Assembly: GCA_950097015.1 (NCBI GenBank)
Contig: CATNEN010000038.1
Span: forward strand, 25,234,001-25,298,000
Origin: Macrostomum hystrix
Lineage: Eukaryota; Animalia; Platyhelminthes
Length of the DNA stretch: 64,000 nt
Direction: 5' to 3'
Shown here: piece by piece, positions 51,684-64,000 of the stretch
Numbering within the stretch: position 1 is the first letter of the stretch
Layout: the number at the start of each line of letters is the position of its first letter
Made by a program: the position numbers and the translations under genes
The notes under the pieces: generated by a model
The model's database searches: none
Seen by the model: the letters and a program-made list of their open reading frames with translations, nothing else
What the model was told of the DNA's origin: nothing

Positions 51684-52211
51684 TTTGAGAAGTAGGTTAG
51701 TAGATTGAGAAGTAGGTTAGTAGATTGAGAAGTACCTTTGTAGAATGAGAAGTAGACTAAGATAAATGAAGCTTAACGCGAGTTTACATTAAGCAATTTG
51801 AGTATGAATCTAAGCGAGAAAGCAAAACTAAAACACTTTAGTCTGAAGTAGCCCCCCCCCCAAATAGTATGTACGGATTAATTCTATTGTTCTTTGAAAG
51901 GCAAGCGCACACATACATATATATATATTTGAGAATGTCATTGAGAGGATTTATGGTGTCTTTGTTCTGAGCACAAAGAAGTTTGTCAGTCCGTCGTGCG
52001 GACAATATTATGAACAGTCTCATAGAAGTGTCATTTTTTAAACGTGACTCAGTCTTTTGTAAGTGGATAATAGGTGGTCCCAGAGAAACAATTTTCCGCC
52101 AAACAAAATACCAGCAAACAGACAGATTGCCTGCGAACCGAACATTTTACCTAAGCAGTTAGGCTAATTTGTCTAATCTAATCTGCTTGTTCTATCGCCT
52201 GTAAGCAGTGC

Positions 52212-52400
52212 TAGAATGACAGTTAAGTGGCTTTTGGCGTCGCACTCACGACTTGAAGGTCGGCGGTTCGATTCCCGACTCCACAGGAACAATCAGTATC
52301 GATTAGCAAGGCGCCTAACTCAGCATTGCTTCAGTTCACCCAGCTGGTAAATGGTTACCGGCTGCACATCTGACCCAATCAATTATTATCATTACTACTA
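52212..52400 (+). mobile_element. SINE family B copy
   Basis: gcgtcgcactcacgacttgaaggtcggcggttcgattcccgactc...ctgcacatctgacc plus (att)n tail. Confidence 0.75.
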
Positions 52401-53038
52401 TTTTTAATTATAAAATAAAGGTTAGGAAAAATGTGATTTTATTGAGGCCAAACTCGAAAACTTAAAAGTACAGAAAAATTTCTTAGAATTCATTCTATTT
52501 TTTTAATACACTTTTATTCAATGTAGATATTTTTCGAAAATGGAATCGGTTTAACAAAGTTGTCATCTCTAAGCATGTTAATAGCTCTATTACTGATACT
52601 ATATTCAAGTATTCAAGTATTCAAGTACTGGACTTCCTGTGTGGTCTGTGTTGTAAAAATCAAACCGAAATAAAATTACGGATAAACTGCGCGTATGAGA
52701 CAATAGTCTAGCAAAACTATCACATCTTATATAGCATTTGGAATTTCTCAGGAAGATAATGAATAAGCGTAATTGATAAATAATGTTTCTATAGTCGTCA
52801 CGTTTTTGTCCGCAAAAGCTTGTTCTTTGGTTGAATTTAATTGGCTGACAGCGCTTTGCATGCCGTCCTCTACCAGACACCCACCCCAACCCAGGCCTTA
52901 TATCGTCCCCACCACAGCACGGGACAGAGCATTGGGTTTGTTTTGCCAAAGCTCCTTCGCGTTTTCCAACACACTTACTGCACAACTGACGATTCCAAAG
53001 AAGACGCACACACAAACAAATTCACAACAGCCTGAACA

Positions 53039-54358
53039 ATGACGCGGCTGCAGCAGCAGCGGTCGCTGACGTTGCCGACGATGCTGCTGCTGCTGCTGCT
53101 GCTGGCCAGTGCTAGGGCGAAGCCTTCGTGCCCAGTCCAGCTGCCCTGTCAGTGCACAGACCTGCGCATCAAATGCGTTCAACATGACCGGCAGCAGCTC
53201 AACTACATCAGCCGCGTTCCGTACTTTGCGCCTAGCAACTACGAGACCCGCTGGTCGTACAGTTTTCACGAGATGCGCGTCAGGGACCAGGCGCTGACAA
53301 ATTTGAGTCTACAATTCGCCTGGGGTGTGCTCAGCTTGCACCGGATAGAGGTCACTAATTCGCTGGTGCGTCGAATCCTACCAAACGCTTTTCGAGGCCT
53401 CCTCGGTGTACGGTCATTGAACTTGTCACACAATCTGTTATCTAGCCTGGCACCCGGCGACCTAACCGATTTGCCCCTACTGAGCGAATTAATTTTGCAT
53501 GGCAACCAAATTCGTGCAGTTTATCCCGGGGCCTTTCAACGCACTCCGTTTATAGTTAGACTTTACCTAAGCCATAATCGACTGTCAGAGATTCCGCCAG
53601 ATGTTCGCCTGCTGAGCGGTTTGACGCACCTCTACCTGCAGTTCAACAATATCTCCGTTGTTCGCGACTACGCATTTGCCGGCCTTCGAAAACTCATTAT
53701 CTTGGACCTCGGCGCGCTGGGTCGCATTCTGCGCGTCGAGTCGAGGGCCTTCTGCGGACTGGGCAGCGCCGACAGCAACGACGACGAAGCAGATAATGAC
53801 AATGACGTCGCGCGTTCGAATTCTGGCAGCTCGGACGAATCAAACGCGGCGCCCGTGTCCTATCAAATCAGAGAGCGCGGTTTGGCTGCACTGTACCTGA
53901 GGCGAAATATCATGCAGGATTTAAATCTGTGCGCATTGGGCAAGATTAGCGGCTTACGCGGATTAAACCTGAGCGGCAGCATATTTCCGTGCACCTGTCA
54001 ATCAGCCAGCCTAGCCAATCAGTCCATCTGGCAGTCGGCCTACGGCTTCTCTCCGCGTTACGTCACCTACGAGTCCTGGCAGGTGGCGAATTGCGAATGG
54101 ACAGCCAATCGGTGCTCAGTTGAGCAGGGACGCCAGATTTGTCCAACAACTCGATGCCAGAACCAGCCGGCCTATCGGTGGCAGTCGTTTGTCCGTGGCC
54201 ACAGTGGCGTCATTCGCGACTGGCAGTACAACGACGCCAGACTGAGCTTCGGTCGGGATGTTCAGAGTGCCGGCAGCGGGGGTCCGTTAATTTCTGTTTG
54301 GATCACTTGGCTCGGACTGGGAATAACAAAGACAATCTATTTTCATTTGTCCTTATAG
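53039..54358 (+). CDS. Secreted or cell-surface leucine-rich-repeat protein, intronless (439 aa)
   Basis: Signal peptide (LLLLLLLASARA), LRRNT (CPVQLPCQC...C), several LxxLxLxxN repeats, LRRCT-like FPCTC, hydrophobic C-terminus. Confidence 0.88.
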   Translation: MTRLQQQRSLTLPTMLLLLLLLASARAKPSCPVQLPCQCTDLRIKCVQHDRQQLNYISRVPYFAPSNYETRWSYSFHEMRVRDQALTNLSLQFAWGVLSLHRIEVTNSLVRRILPNAFRGLLGVRSLNLSHNLLSSLAPGDLTDLPLLSELILHGNQIRAVYPGAFQRTPFIVRLYLSHNRLSEIPPDVRLLSGLTHLYLQFNNISVVRDYAFAGLRKLIILDLGALGRILRVESRAFCGLGSADSNDDEADNDNDVARSNSGSSDESNAAPVSYQIRERGLAALYLRRNIMQDLNLCALGKISGLRGLNLSGSIFPCTCQSASLANQSIWQSAYGFSPRYVTYESWQVANCEWTANRCSVEQGRQICPTTRCQNQPAYRWQSFVRGHSGVIRDWQYNDARLSFGRDVQSAGSGGPLISVWITWLGLGITKTIYFHLSL

Positions 54359-54659
54359 ATAGTTTAGCAGTTGCTGTTTGCTCTGTCAGCTATGTGTAAA
54401 TACGTTCTACTCGTAGTGGTAATAAATATTCTAAATTTAATAAGCAATTGATGAAAGCAACCTGAAAGTATTTTATGTTTTAAAGGTGTCTATCTGGTAT
54501 AGAAAAAGTGATAGATTAAACTGTCTAAAAACTACTGTTTTTAATCGTTCTATCTCTGAATAACAGGTTAGATAATTTATATAGGTGGCTGATCCTCTTT
54601 GTCACACCCATTACTAACAAGTTGAGATTCAGTATATAACTTGATATACACTTGTATTA

Positions 54660-56178
54660 CTTGTCTAACAGGATAGATCCCTTGTCTAACAGAATAGATC
54701 CATTGTCTAACAGAATAGATCCCTTGTCTAACAGAATAGATCCCTTGTCTAACAGGATAGATCCCTTGTCTAACAGGATAGATCCCTTGTCTAACAGGTT
54801 GAGATCCCTTGTCTAACAGGATAGATCCCTTGTCTAACAGGATAGATCCATTGTCTGACAGGTTGAGATCCATTGTCTAACAGAATAGATCTATTGTATA
54901 ACAGGATAGATCCCTTGTCTAACAGGTTGAGATCCATTGTCTAACAGGATAGATCCCTTGTCTAACAGGTTGAGATCCATTGTCTAACAGGATAGATCCC
55001 TTGTCTAACAGGTTGAGATCCATTGTCTAACAGGATAGATCCCTTGTCTAACAGGTTGAGATCCATTGTCTAACAGGATAGATCCCTTGTCTAACAGAAT
55101 AGATCCATTGTCTGACAGGTTGAGATCCATTGTCTAACAGAATAGATCTATTGTATAACAGGATAGATCCCTTGTCTAACAGGTTGAGATCCATTGTCTA
55201 ACAGGATAGATCCCTTGTCTAACAGAATACATCTATTGTCTAACAGGATAGATCCCTTGTCTAACAGAATAGATCCCTTGTCTAACAGAATAGATCCCTT
55301 GTCTAACAGGATAGATCCCTTGTCTAACAGGATAGATCCCTTGTCTAACAGGATAGATCCCTTGTCTAACAGGATAGATCCCTTGTCTAACAGAATAGAT
55401 CCCTTGTCTAACAGGTTGAGATCCCTTGTCTAACAGGATAGATCCCTTGTCTAACATGTTGAGATCCATTGTCTAACAGGATAGATCCCTTGTCTAACAG
55501 GATAGATCCCTTGTCTAACAGAATAGATCCCTTGTCTAACAGGTTGAGATCCATTGTCTAACAGGATAGATCCCTTGTCTAACAGAATAGATCCCTTGTC
55601 TAACAGGATAGATTTCTTGTCTAACAGGATAGATTTCTTGTCTAACAGGATAGATCCCTTGTCTAACAGGATAGATCCCTTGTCTAACAGGATAGATCCC
55701 TTGTCTAACAGAATAGATCCCTTGTCTAACAGGTTGAGATCCCTTGTCTAACAGGATAGATCCCTTGTCTAACATGTTGAGATCCATTGTCTAACAGGAT
55801 AGATCCCTTGTCTAACAGGATAGATCCCTTGTCTAACAGAATAGATCCCTTGTCTAACAGGTTGAGATCCATTGTCTAACAGGATAGATCCCTTGTCTAA
55901 CAGAATAGATCCCTTGTCTAACAGGATAGATTTCTTGTCTAACAGGATAGATTTCTTGTCTAACAGGATAGATCCCTTGTCTAACAGGATAGATCCCTTG
56001 TCTAACAGGTTGAGATCCATTGTCTAACAGGATAGATCCCTTGTCTAACAGAATAGATCCCTTGTCTAACAGGATAGATCCCTTGTCTAACAGGATAGAT
56101 CCCTTGTCTAACAGAATCTATCCCTTGTCTAACAGAATAGTTCCCTTGTCTAACAGGATAGATTTATAGTCTAACAGC
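54660..56178. repeat. 21-bp minisatellite (TTGTCTAACAGGATAGATCCC)
   Basis: Tandem units. Confidence 0.97.
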
Positions 56179-56559
56179 TGAAATTTCAGCTGCTCTTCCA
56201 TCAGAAGTTTTTCTGTAATTTGTTCATGATAGCAACTTCTTTTTTAAGATCTCAGAGGTCCATAGATTGTAGCCAGTTAGCTATTTTGATTGCTTATAAT
56301 TAATTCTTTCAGCTTATCTCCGATTGTGAATATAAATATTTAATTCATTCTTAACTAAATCGTTATGTGTGTCATTAGACTTTAGACTTTAGAGTTTTAA
56401 GAATTGTTAAAATTAAAATTCGTGTTCATTGTGACGCCTGCATATTTTTCTGCTGATTGTACCATAACTCATTCGAATGTAATAATTAAAAAAACAAAAA
56501 AACATTTTTTTTCATTTTTTTGTCATAACATCGTCACATTCTTATCGCAATCTCAAGTT

Positions 56560-57345
56560 CTTCTCATCAGCTTCTCATCAGCTTCACATCGGATTCTCAT
56601 CAGATTCTCATCAGATTCTCATCAGCTTCTCATCAGCTTCACATCGGATTCTCATCAGATTCTCATCAGCTTCTCATCAACTTCTCATCAGCTTTACATC
56701 GGATTCTCATCAGATTCTCATCAGCTTCTCATCAGCTTCTCATCAGATTCTCATCAGCTTCTCATCAGCTTCTCATCAGCTTCTCATCAGCTTCTCATCA
56801 GCTTCTCATCAGATTCTCATCAGATTCTCATCAGATTCTCATCAGCTTCTCATCAGCTTCACGTCGGATTCTCATCAGATTCTCATCAGATTCTTATCAG
56901 ATTCTCATCAGATTCTCATCAGATTCTCATCAGATTCTCATCAGCTTCTCATCAGATTCTCATCAGATTCTCATCAGATTCTCATCAGCTTCTCATCAGC
57001 TTCACATCGGATTCTCATCAGCTTCTCATCAGCTTCACATCGGATTCTCATCAGCTTCTCATCAGCTTCACATCGGATTCTCATCAGATTCTCATCAACT
57101 TCTCATCAGCTTCTCATCAGCTTCTCATCAGATTCTCATCAGATTCTCATCAGCTTCTCATCAGCTTCACATCGGATTCTCATCAGATTCTCATCAGATT
57201 CTCATCAGCTTCTCATCAGCTTCACATCGGATTCTCATCAGCTTCTCATCAGCTTCTCATCAGCTTCTCATCAGCTTCTCATCAGCTTCACATCGGATTC
57301 TCATCAGATTCTCATCAGATTCTCATCACTTTCTCATCAGCTTCT
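56560..57345. repeat. 11-bp minisatellite (TTCTCATCAGM)
   Basis: Tandem units. Confidence 0.95.
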
Positions 57346-57939
57346 TATAAATGTTTTCAATGGTTTTCAAGTTAAATTTTGTTAGCAAAAGATACACTTG
57401 TGGTAAAATATTTGTTAAAACAAAAAATTTGATTTAACATACTCGTAACTTTGCAAAAAATGGTAATTGAATTACAAAAGAAAGTCGATCTCAGTTCTTA
57501 TAATGAATGGGCAAATTTAATTTGTTTAAGAAGGAGATCTGTAATCTATTAGATTTAGCGTGACAAATAATGCATGTTACCTCCCAACAATCCCTTTGGG
57601 AATAAACTAAAGCCCTGCTTCAAAAATAGTCTGGCAGTGAAGCTGGTATGTACGGGGACAATAATATCTTGAATCCTGAATATCTTGAACACGATTTTCA
57701 CCTGCAAAAATGTATAGTTTCCAGATATGTTGCAGTAAAGAAAAAATAACTGTATAAACTAGAAACTGTACAATTCTTGCGTGACTTGGCATTGTACTAA
57801 TACTTGCTAATGAACAGGAAATCGTTTGGCTGAAGACTAATACATGCAAAATATGCAAATTCTGAAAGACTTAGAATTAACAAAGATTTTTTAGTGCACT
57901 CCTATATAGAAAAATTTTGACTCCGACAGGATATTATGG

Positions 57940-59474
57940 AGAGATAGATAGATAGATTGTTAGATATATAGATAGATAGATAGATAGATAAGTAGATAGA
58001 TATTGAAATAGATAGATAGACAGTTAGATAGATAGATAGATAGATAGCCAGATAGATAGCCAGATAGATAGCCAGATAGATAGCCAGATAGATAGATAGC
58101 CAGATAGATAGATAGCCAGATAGATAGATAGCCACATAGATAGATAGCCAGATAGATAGATAGCCAGATAGATAGATAGCCAGATAGATAGATAGCCACA
58201 TAGATAGATAGCCAGATAGATAGATAGCCAGATAGATAGATAGCCAGATAGATAGATAGCCAGATAGATAGATAGCCACATAGATAGATAGCCAGATAGA
58301 TAGATAGCCACATAGATAGATAGCCAGATAGATAGATAGCCAGATAGATAGATAGCCAGATAGATAGATAGCCACATAGATAGATAGCCAGATAGATAGA
58401 TAGCCAGATAGATAGATAGCCAGATAGATAGATAGCCAGATAGATAGATAGCCAGATAGATAGATAGCCACATAGATAGATAGCCACATAGATAGATAGC
58501 CAGATAGATAGATAGCCAGATAGATAGATAGCCAGATAGATAGATAGCCACATAGATAGATAGCCAGATAGATAGATAGCCACATAGATAGATAGCCACA
58601 TAGATAGATAGCCAGATAGATAGATAGCCAGATAGATAGATAGCCAGATAGATAGATAGCCAGATAGATAGATAGCCAGATAGATAGATAGCCACATAGA
58701 TAGATAGCCACATAGATAGATAGCCACATAGATAGATAGCCACATAGATAGATAGCCAGATAGATAGATAGCCACATAGATAGATAGATAGATAGATAGA
58801 TAGCCACATAGATAGATAGCCAGATAGATAGATAGCCAGATAGATAGATAGCCAGATAGATAGATAGCCAGATAGATAGCCAGATAGATAGATAGCCAGA
58901 TAGATAGATAGCCAGATAGATAGATAGCCAGATAGATAGCCAGATAGATAGATAGCCAGATAGATAGATAGCCAGATAGATAGATAGCCAGATAGATAGA
59001 TAGCCAGATAGATAGCCAGATAGATAGATAGCCAGATAGATAGATAGCCAGATAGATAGATAGCCAGATAGATAGCCAGATAGATAGATAGCCAGATAGA
59101 TAGCCAGATAGATAGATAGCCAGATAGATAGCCAGATAGATAGATAGCCAGATAGATAGCCAGATAGATAGATAGCCAGATAGATAGCCAGATAGATAGA
59201 TAGCCAGATAGATAGCCAGATAGATAGCCAGATAGATAGCCAGATAGATAGATAGCCAGATAGATAGATAGCCAGATAGATAGATAGCCAGATAGATAGA
59301 TAGCCAGATAGATAGCCAGATAGATAGATAGCCAGATAGATAGCCAGATAGATAGATAGCCAGATAGATAGCCAGATAGATAGATAGCCAGATAGATAGC
59401 CAGATAGATAGATAGCCAGATAGATAGCCAGATAGATAGATAGCCAGATAGATAGCCTGATAGATAGATAGCCA
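57940..59474. repeat. (GATA)n-GCCA compound microsatellite
   Basis: Direct. Confidence 0.97.
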
Positions 59475-60047
59475 TGGCATGCAACGTGGGCAACTAATCA
59501 CTAAAAATACCCTCAGAGAAAATTGACTAGATTGTCGAACAGATTAGCGGCTGTATGTTGCTGTGAATTGCTTGGATAGCTTCCGCTTATCTCTAGAATA
59601 ATTTAGCATCAGCAGCAGCAGCAGCAGGGCAGTTAGGTCCGGTCAAGAGGAAACAGATGTAGCCATATAGCTGAGCAGTGCTCATCTGATCCAACCCATT
59701 ATTAGTGCAGCAGCATAACAAGTGAGGCCTATTTAAGAATCTTCCCTTATTGAGAATTCACCGAAACGAGATCAGAAGCGAATGACAAGAAAGGGTCGAG
59801 GGCAGAGAAGGAAAGAAAAATTGAGGAAGTGCATGAGCAAATATGCTTATAGGAATCTTTACACTTGATGCTGAGCAAGTGCTCAGGTCTGTGATCACTA
59901 AAAAATACCCCATGTACGAGTCTCGTATTAATCTAGGAAAATATGATTGATAGCTTTGCTCAGTGGTGTGAAGGTTAGCAACTTGACCCAAGCATGAGAA
60001 CAAGCGTAGTTTAAATCTTTGCAGGATCAGCAGCTTGGGAATCATGA

Positions 60048-60838
60048 CAGGATCCATAGCTTAAGAATCGCAGCAGGATCCGTAGCTTAGGAATCGCAGA
60101 AGGATCCGTAGCTTAGAAATCGTAGCAGGATCCATAGCTTAGGAATCGCAGCAGAATCCGTAGCTTAGGAATCGCAGCAGGATCCATAGCTTAGGAATCG
60201 CAGCAGAATCCGTAGCTTAGGAATCGCAGAAGGATCCATAGCTAAGGAATCGCAGCTGGATCCGAAGCTTAGGAATCGCAGCAGGATCCGTAGCTTAGGA
60301 ATCGCAGCAGGATCCATAGCTTAGGAATCGCAGCTGGATCCGTAGCTTAGGTATCGAAGCAGGATCCATAGCTTTTGAATCGCAGCAGAATCCGTAGCTT
60401 AGGAATCGCAGCAGGATCCATAGCTTAGGAATCGCAGCAGGATCCGTTGCTTAGGAATCGCAGCAGGATCCGTAGCTAAGGAATCGCAGCTGGATCCGAA
60501 GCTTAGGAATCGCAGCAGGATCCATAGCTTAGGAATCGCAGCAGGATCCATAGCTTAGGAATCGCAGCAGGATCCATAGCTTAGGTATCGCAGCAGGATC
60601 CATAGCTTAGGTATCGCAGCAGGATCCATAGCCTAGGTATCGCAGCAGGATCCATAGCTTAGGAATCGCAGCAGGATCCATAGCTTAGGAATCGCAGCAG
60701 GATCCATAGCTTAGGAATCGCAGCAGGATCCGTAGCTTAGGAATCGCAGCAGGATCCGTAGCTTAGGAATCGCAGCAGGATCCATAGCTTAGGAATCGTG
60801 GCAGGATCCGTAGCTTAGGAATCGCAGCAGGATCCGTA
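60048..60838 (+). repeat. 26-bp minisatellite (GATCCRTAGCTTAGGAATCGCAGCAG)
   Basis: Tandem units. Confidence 0.96.
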
Positions 60839-61545
60839 GAACAATAGAACCGTAGATTCCTTTACAACCACAACTAGGTTCGTTTTTTCTTCGTATTATC
60901 AGAAATTTAGCTGTTTTTTAAAAAGCTTTAACATTTAACTATTCTCAAATTTTCCAACGAAAGGCGAAATTAAAATTGAGTAATTAGCCTAATTTAGCTG
61001 ATCACGAAACTCTAGTGAACAATTCTTATCTCTTTAAAAAGCGTTTTCAAAGTAGCGTAATTTGACATAATTAACATTTTTTCGCATCGAAATATGGACA
61101 TAAAAATGTTCGATTTAACAATACACGCGCAATTACAGTTTTGTTACATTGCTTCGAGATACCTTCCTTGTTTGTCGCAGCTAAATGGGAGTAGAAAATG
61201 AATTCAAACTTTGTAAATTGTTCAATTTACAAACTGGTTTTTTGCTTTCAACGATTGAGCAATTATCTTTTGTAGCAGTAGCACTTAATTAGCAGTTTTA
61301 AATCGACATCAATTCGTTCTCTGTAGCAAAACTCAACAATATTTAGATCCTTCTCAGTGCTGAGCACAAGTATTTCATTCAGCGAACGGTTTCGATCAAA
61401 TATAATTTGCATACAGCACATTTGCTTAGCGTTCTGAAATTTGATACATTTATCATTAGCCAGAATTGGCGGAGAATAAAGTTACGTGAATAAAGTTACG
61501 TGGAATAATATTTTTTATCGTAAGGATATGAGTTTTCAGAATGAA

Positions 61546-64000
61546 CGATTCTAACTGTAAGCTACGATTCTTGCTGCGATTCTAACTGTAAGCTACGGTT
61601 CTTGCTGCGATTCTAACTGTAAGCTACGGTTCTTGCTGCGATTCTAACTGTAAGCTACGATTCTTGCTGCGATTCTAACTGTAAGCTATACGGTTCTTGC
61701 TGCGATTCTAACTTTAAGCTACGATTCTTGCTGCGATTCTTACTGTAAGCTACGGTTCTTGCTGCGATTCTAACTGTAAGCTACGGTTCTTGCTGCGATT
61801 CTAACTGTAAGCTACGGTTCTTGCTGCGATTCTAACTGTAAGCTACGGTTCTTGCTGCGATTCTAACTGTAAGCTACGATTCTTGCTGCGATTCTAACTG
61901 TAAGCTACGATTCTTGCTGCGATTCCAACTGTAAGCTACGATTCTTGCTGCGATTCTAACTGTAAGCTATACGGTTCTTGCTGCGATTCTAACTGTAAGC
62001 TACGATTCTTGCTGCGATTCTAACTGTAAGCTACGGTTCTTGCTGCGATTCTAACTGTAAGCTACGGTTCTTGCTGCGATTCTAACTAAGCTACCATTCT
62101 TGCTGCGATTCTAACTGTAAGCTACGATTCTTGCTGCGATTCTTACTGTAAGCTACGGTTCTTGCTGCGATTCTAACTAAGCTACCATTCTTGCTGCGAT
62201 TCTAACTGTAAGCTACGATTCTTGCTGAGATTCTAACTGTAAGCTACGGTTCTTGCTGCGATTCCAACTGTAAGCTACTATTCTTGCTGCGATTCTAACT
62301 GTAAGCTACGGTTCTTGCTGCGATTCTAACTTTAAGCTACGATTATTGCTGCGATTCTTACTGTAAGCTACGGTTCTTGCTGCGATTCTCTAACTGTAAG
62401 CTACGGTTCTTGCTGCGATTCTAACTTTAAGCTACGGTTCTTGCTGCGATTCTAACTGTAAGCTACGGTTCTTGCTGCGATTCTAACTGTAAGCTACGAT
62501 TCTTGCTGCGATTCTAACTGTAAGCTACGATTCTTGCTGCGATTCCAACTGTAAGCTACGATTCTTGCTGCGATTCTAACTGTAAGCTATACGGTTCTTG
62601 CTGCGATTCTAACTGTAAGCTACGATTCTTGCTGCGATTCTAACTGTAAGCTATACGGTTCTTGCTGCGATTTTAACTGTAAGCTACGATTCTTGCTGCG
62701 ATTCTAACTGTAAGCTATACGGTTCTTGCTGCGATTCTAACTGTAAGCTACGATTCTTGCTGCGATTCTAACTGTAAGCTACGGTTCTTGCTGCGATTCT
62801 AACTGTAAGCTACGGTTCTTGCTGCGATTCTAACTGTAAGCTACGATTCTTGCTGCGATTCTAACTGTAAGCTATACGGTTCTTGCTGCGATTCTAACTG
62901 TAAGCTACGATTCTTGCTGCGATTCTAACTGTAAGCTATACGGTTCTTGCTGCGATTCTAACTGTAAGCTACGATTCTTGCTGCGATTCTAACTGTAAGC
63001 TACGGTTCTTGCTGCGATTCTAACTGTGAGCTACGGTTCTTGCTGCGATTCTAACTAAGCTACCATTCTTGCTGCGATTCTAACTGTAAGCTACGATTCT
63101 TGCTGCGATTCTAACTGTAAGCTACGGTTCTTGCTGCGATTCTAACTGTAAGCTACGATTCTTGCTGCGATTCTAACTGTAAGCTACGATTCTTGCTGCG
63201 ATTCCAACTGTAAGCTACGATTCTTGCTGCGATTCTAACTGTAAGCTACGATTCTTGCTGCGATTCTAACTGTAAGCTACGATTCTTGCTGCGATTCTAA
63301 CTGTAAGCTATACGGTTCTTGCTGCGATTCTAACTGTAAGCTACGATTCTTGCTGCGATTCTAACTGTAAGCTATACGGTTCTTGCCGCGATTCTCTAAC
63401 TGTAAGCTACGATTCTTGCTGCGATTCTAACTGTAAGCTACGATTCTTGCTGCGATTCTAACTGTAAGCTACGGTTCTTGCTGCGATTCTAACTAAGCTA
63501 CCATTCTTGCTGCGATTCTAACTGTAAGCTACGATTCTTGCTGCGATTCTAACTGTAAGCTACGATTCTTGCTGCGATTCTAACTGTAAGCTACGATTCT
63601 TGCTGCGATTCTAACTGTAAGCTACGGTTCTTGCTGCGATTCTAACTAAGCTACCATTCTTGCTGCGATTCTAACTGTAAGCTACGATTCTTGCTGCGAT
63701 TCTAACTGTAAGCTACGATTCTTGCTGCGATTCTAACTGTAAGCTATACGGTTCTTGCTGCGATTCTAACTGTAAGCTACGATTCTTGCTGCGATTCTAA
63801 CTGTAAGCTATACGGTTCTTGCCGCGATTCTCTAACTGTAAGCTACGGTTCTTGCTGCGATTCTAACTGTAAGCTATACGGTTCTTGCTGCGATTCTAAC
63901 TGTAAGCTATACGGTTCTTGCTGCGATTCTAACTGTAAGCTACGGTTCTTGCTGCGATTCTAACTGTAAGCTACGATTCTTGCTGCGATTCTAACTGTAA
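61546..64000. repeat. 31-bp minisatellite (GATTCTAACTGTAAGCTACGRTTCTTGCTGC), runs off the window end
   Basis: Tandem units. Confidence 0.97.

Overview
Eukaryotic (animal) genomic DNA with spliceosomal introns, tRNA-derived SINEs, a hAT MITE and many minisatellites. The overall style suggests a free-living flatworm such as Macrostomum; this is an inference. Hand-spliced genes: an intronless SLC46-like MFS transporter (-), an ERICH2-like exon (+), a 6-exon WHAMM/JMY actin nucleation factor (-), a 4-exon mitochondrial acetyl-CoA hydrolase/acetate:succinate CoA-transferase (-), a 3-exon type-I membrane protein with two PPxY motifs (+), an 11-exon JHY-like ciliary gene (+) and an intronless LRR surface protein (+). 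The main hidden structure lies upstream of the CoA-transferase: four AUG-free micro-exons whose introns each carry one paralogous box C/D snoRNA, all with the same guide (CCAUGUUCAACU) complementary to a conserved 28S rRNA segment. Downstream on the same strand, WHAMM/JMY has no genomic ATG, but its first splice acceptor is exactly in frame for the terminal AUG of a flatworm spliced leader. Between the two genes is a triplicated CCAAT-N12-TCAAGGTCA module. Most long ORFs in the supplied track are translations of repeats.
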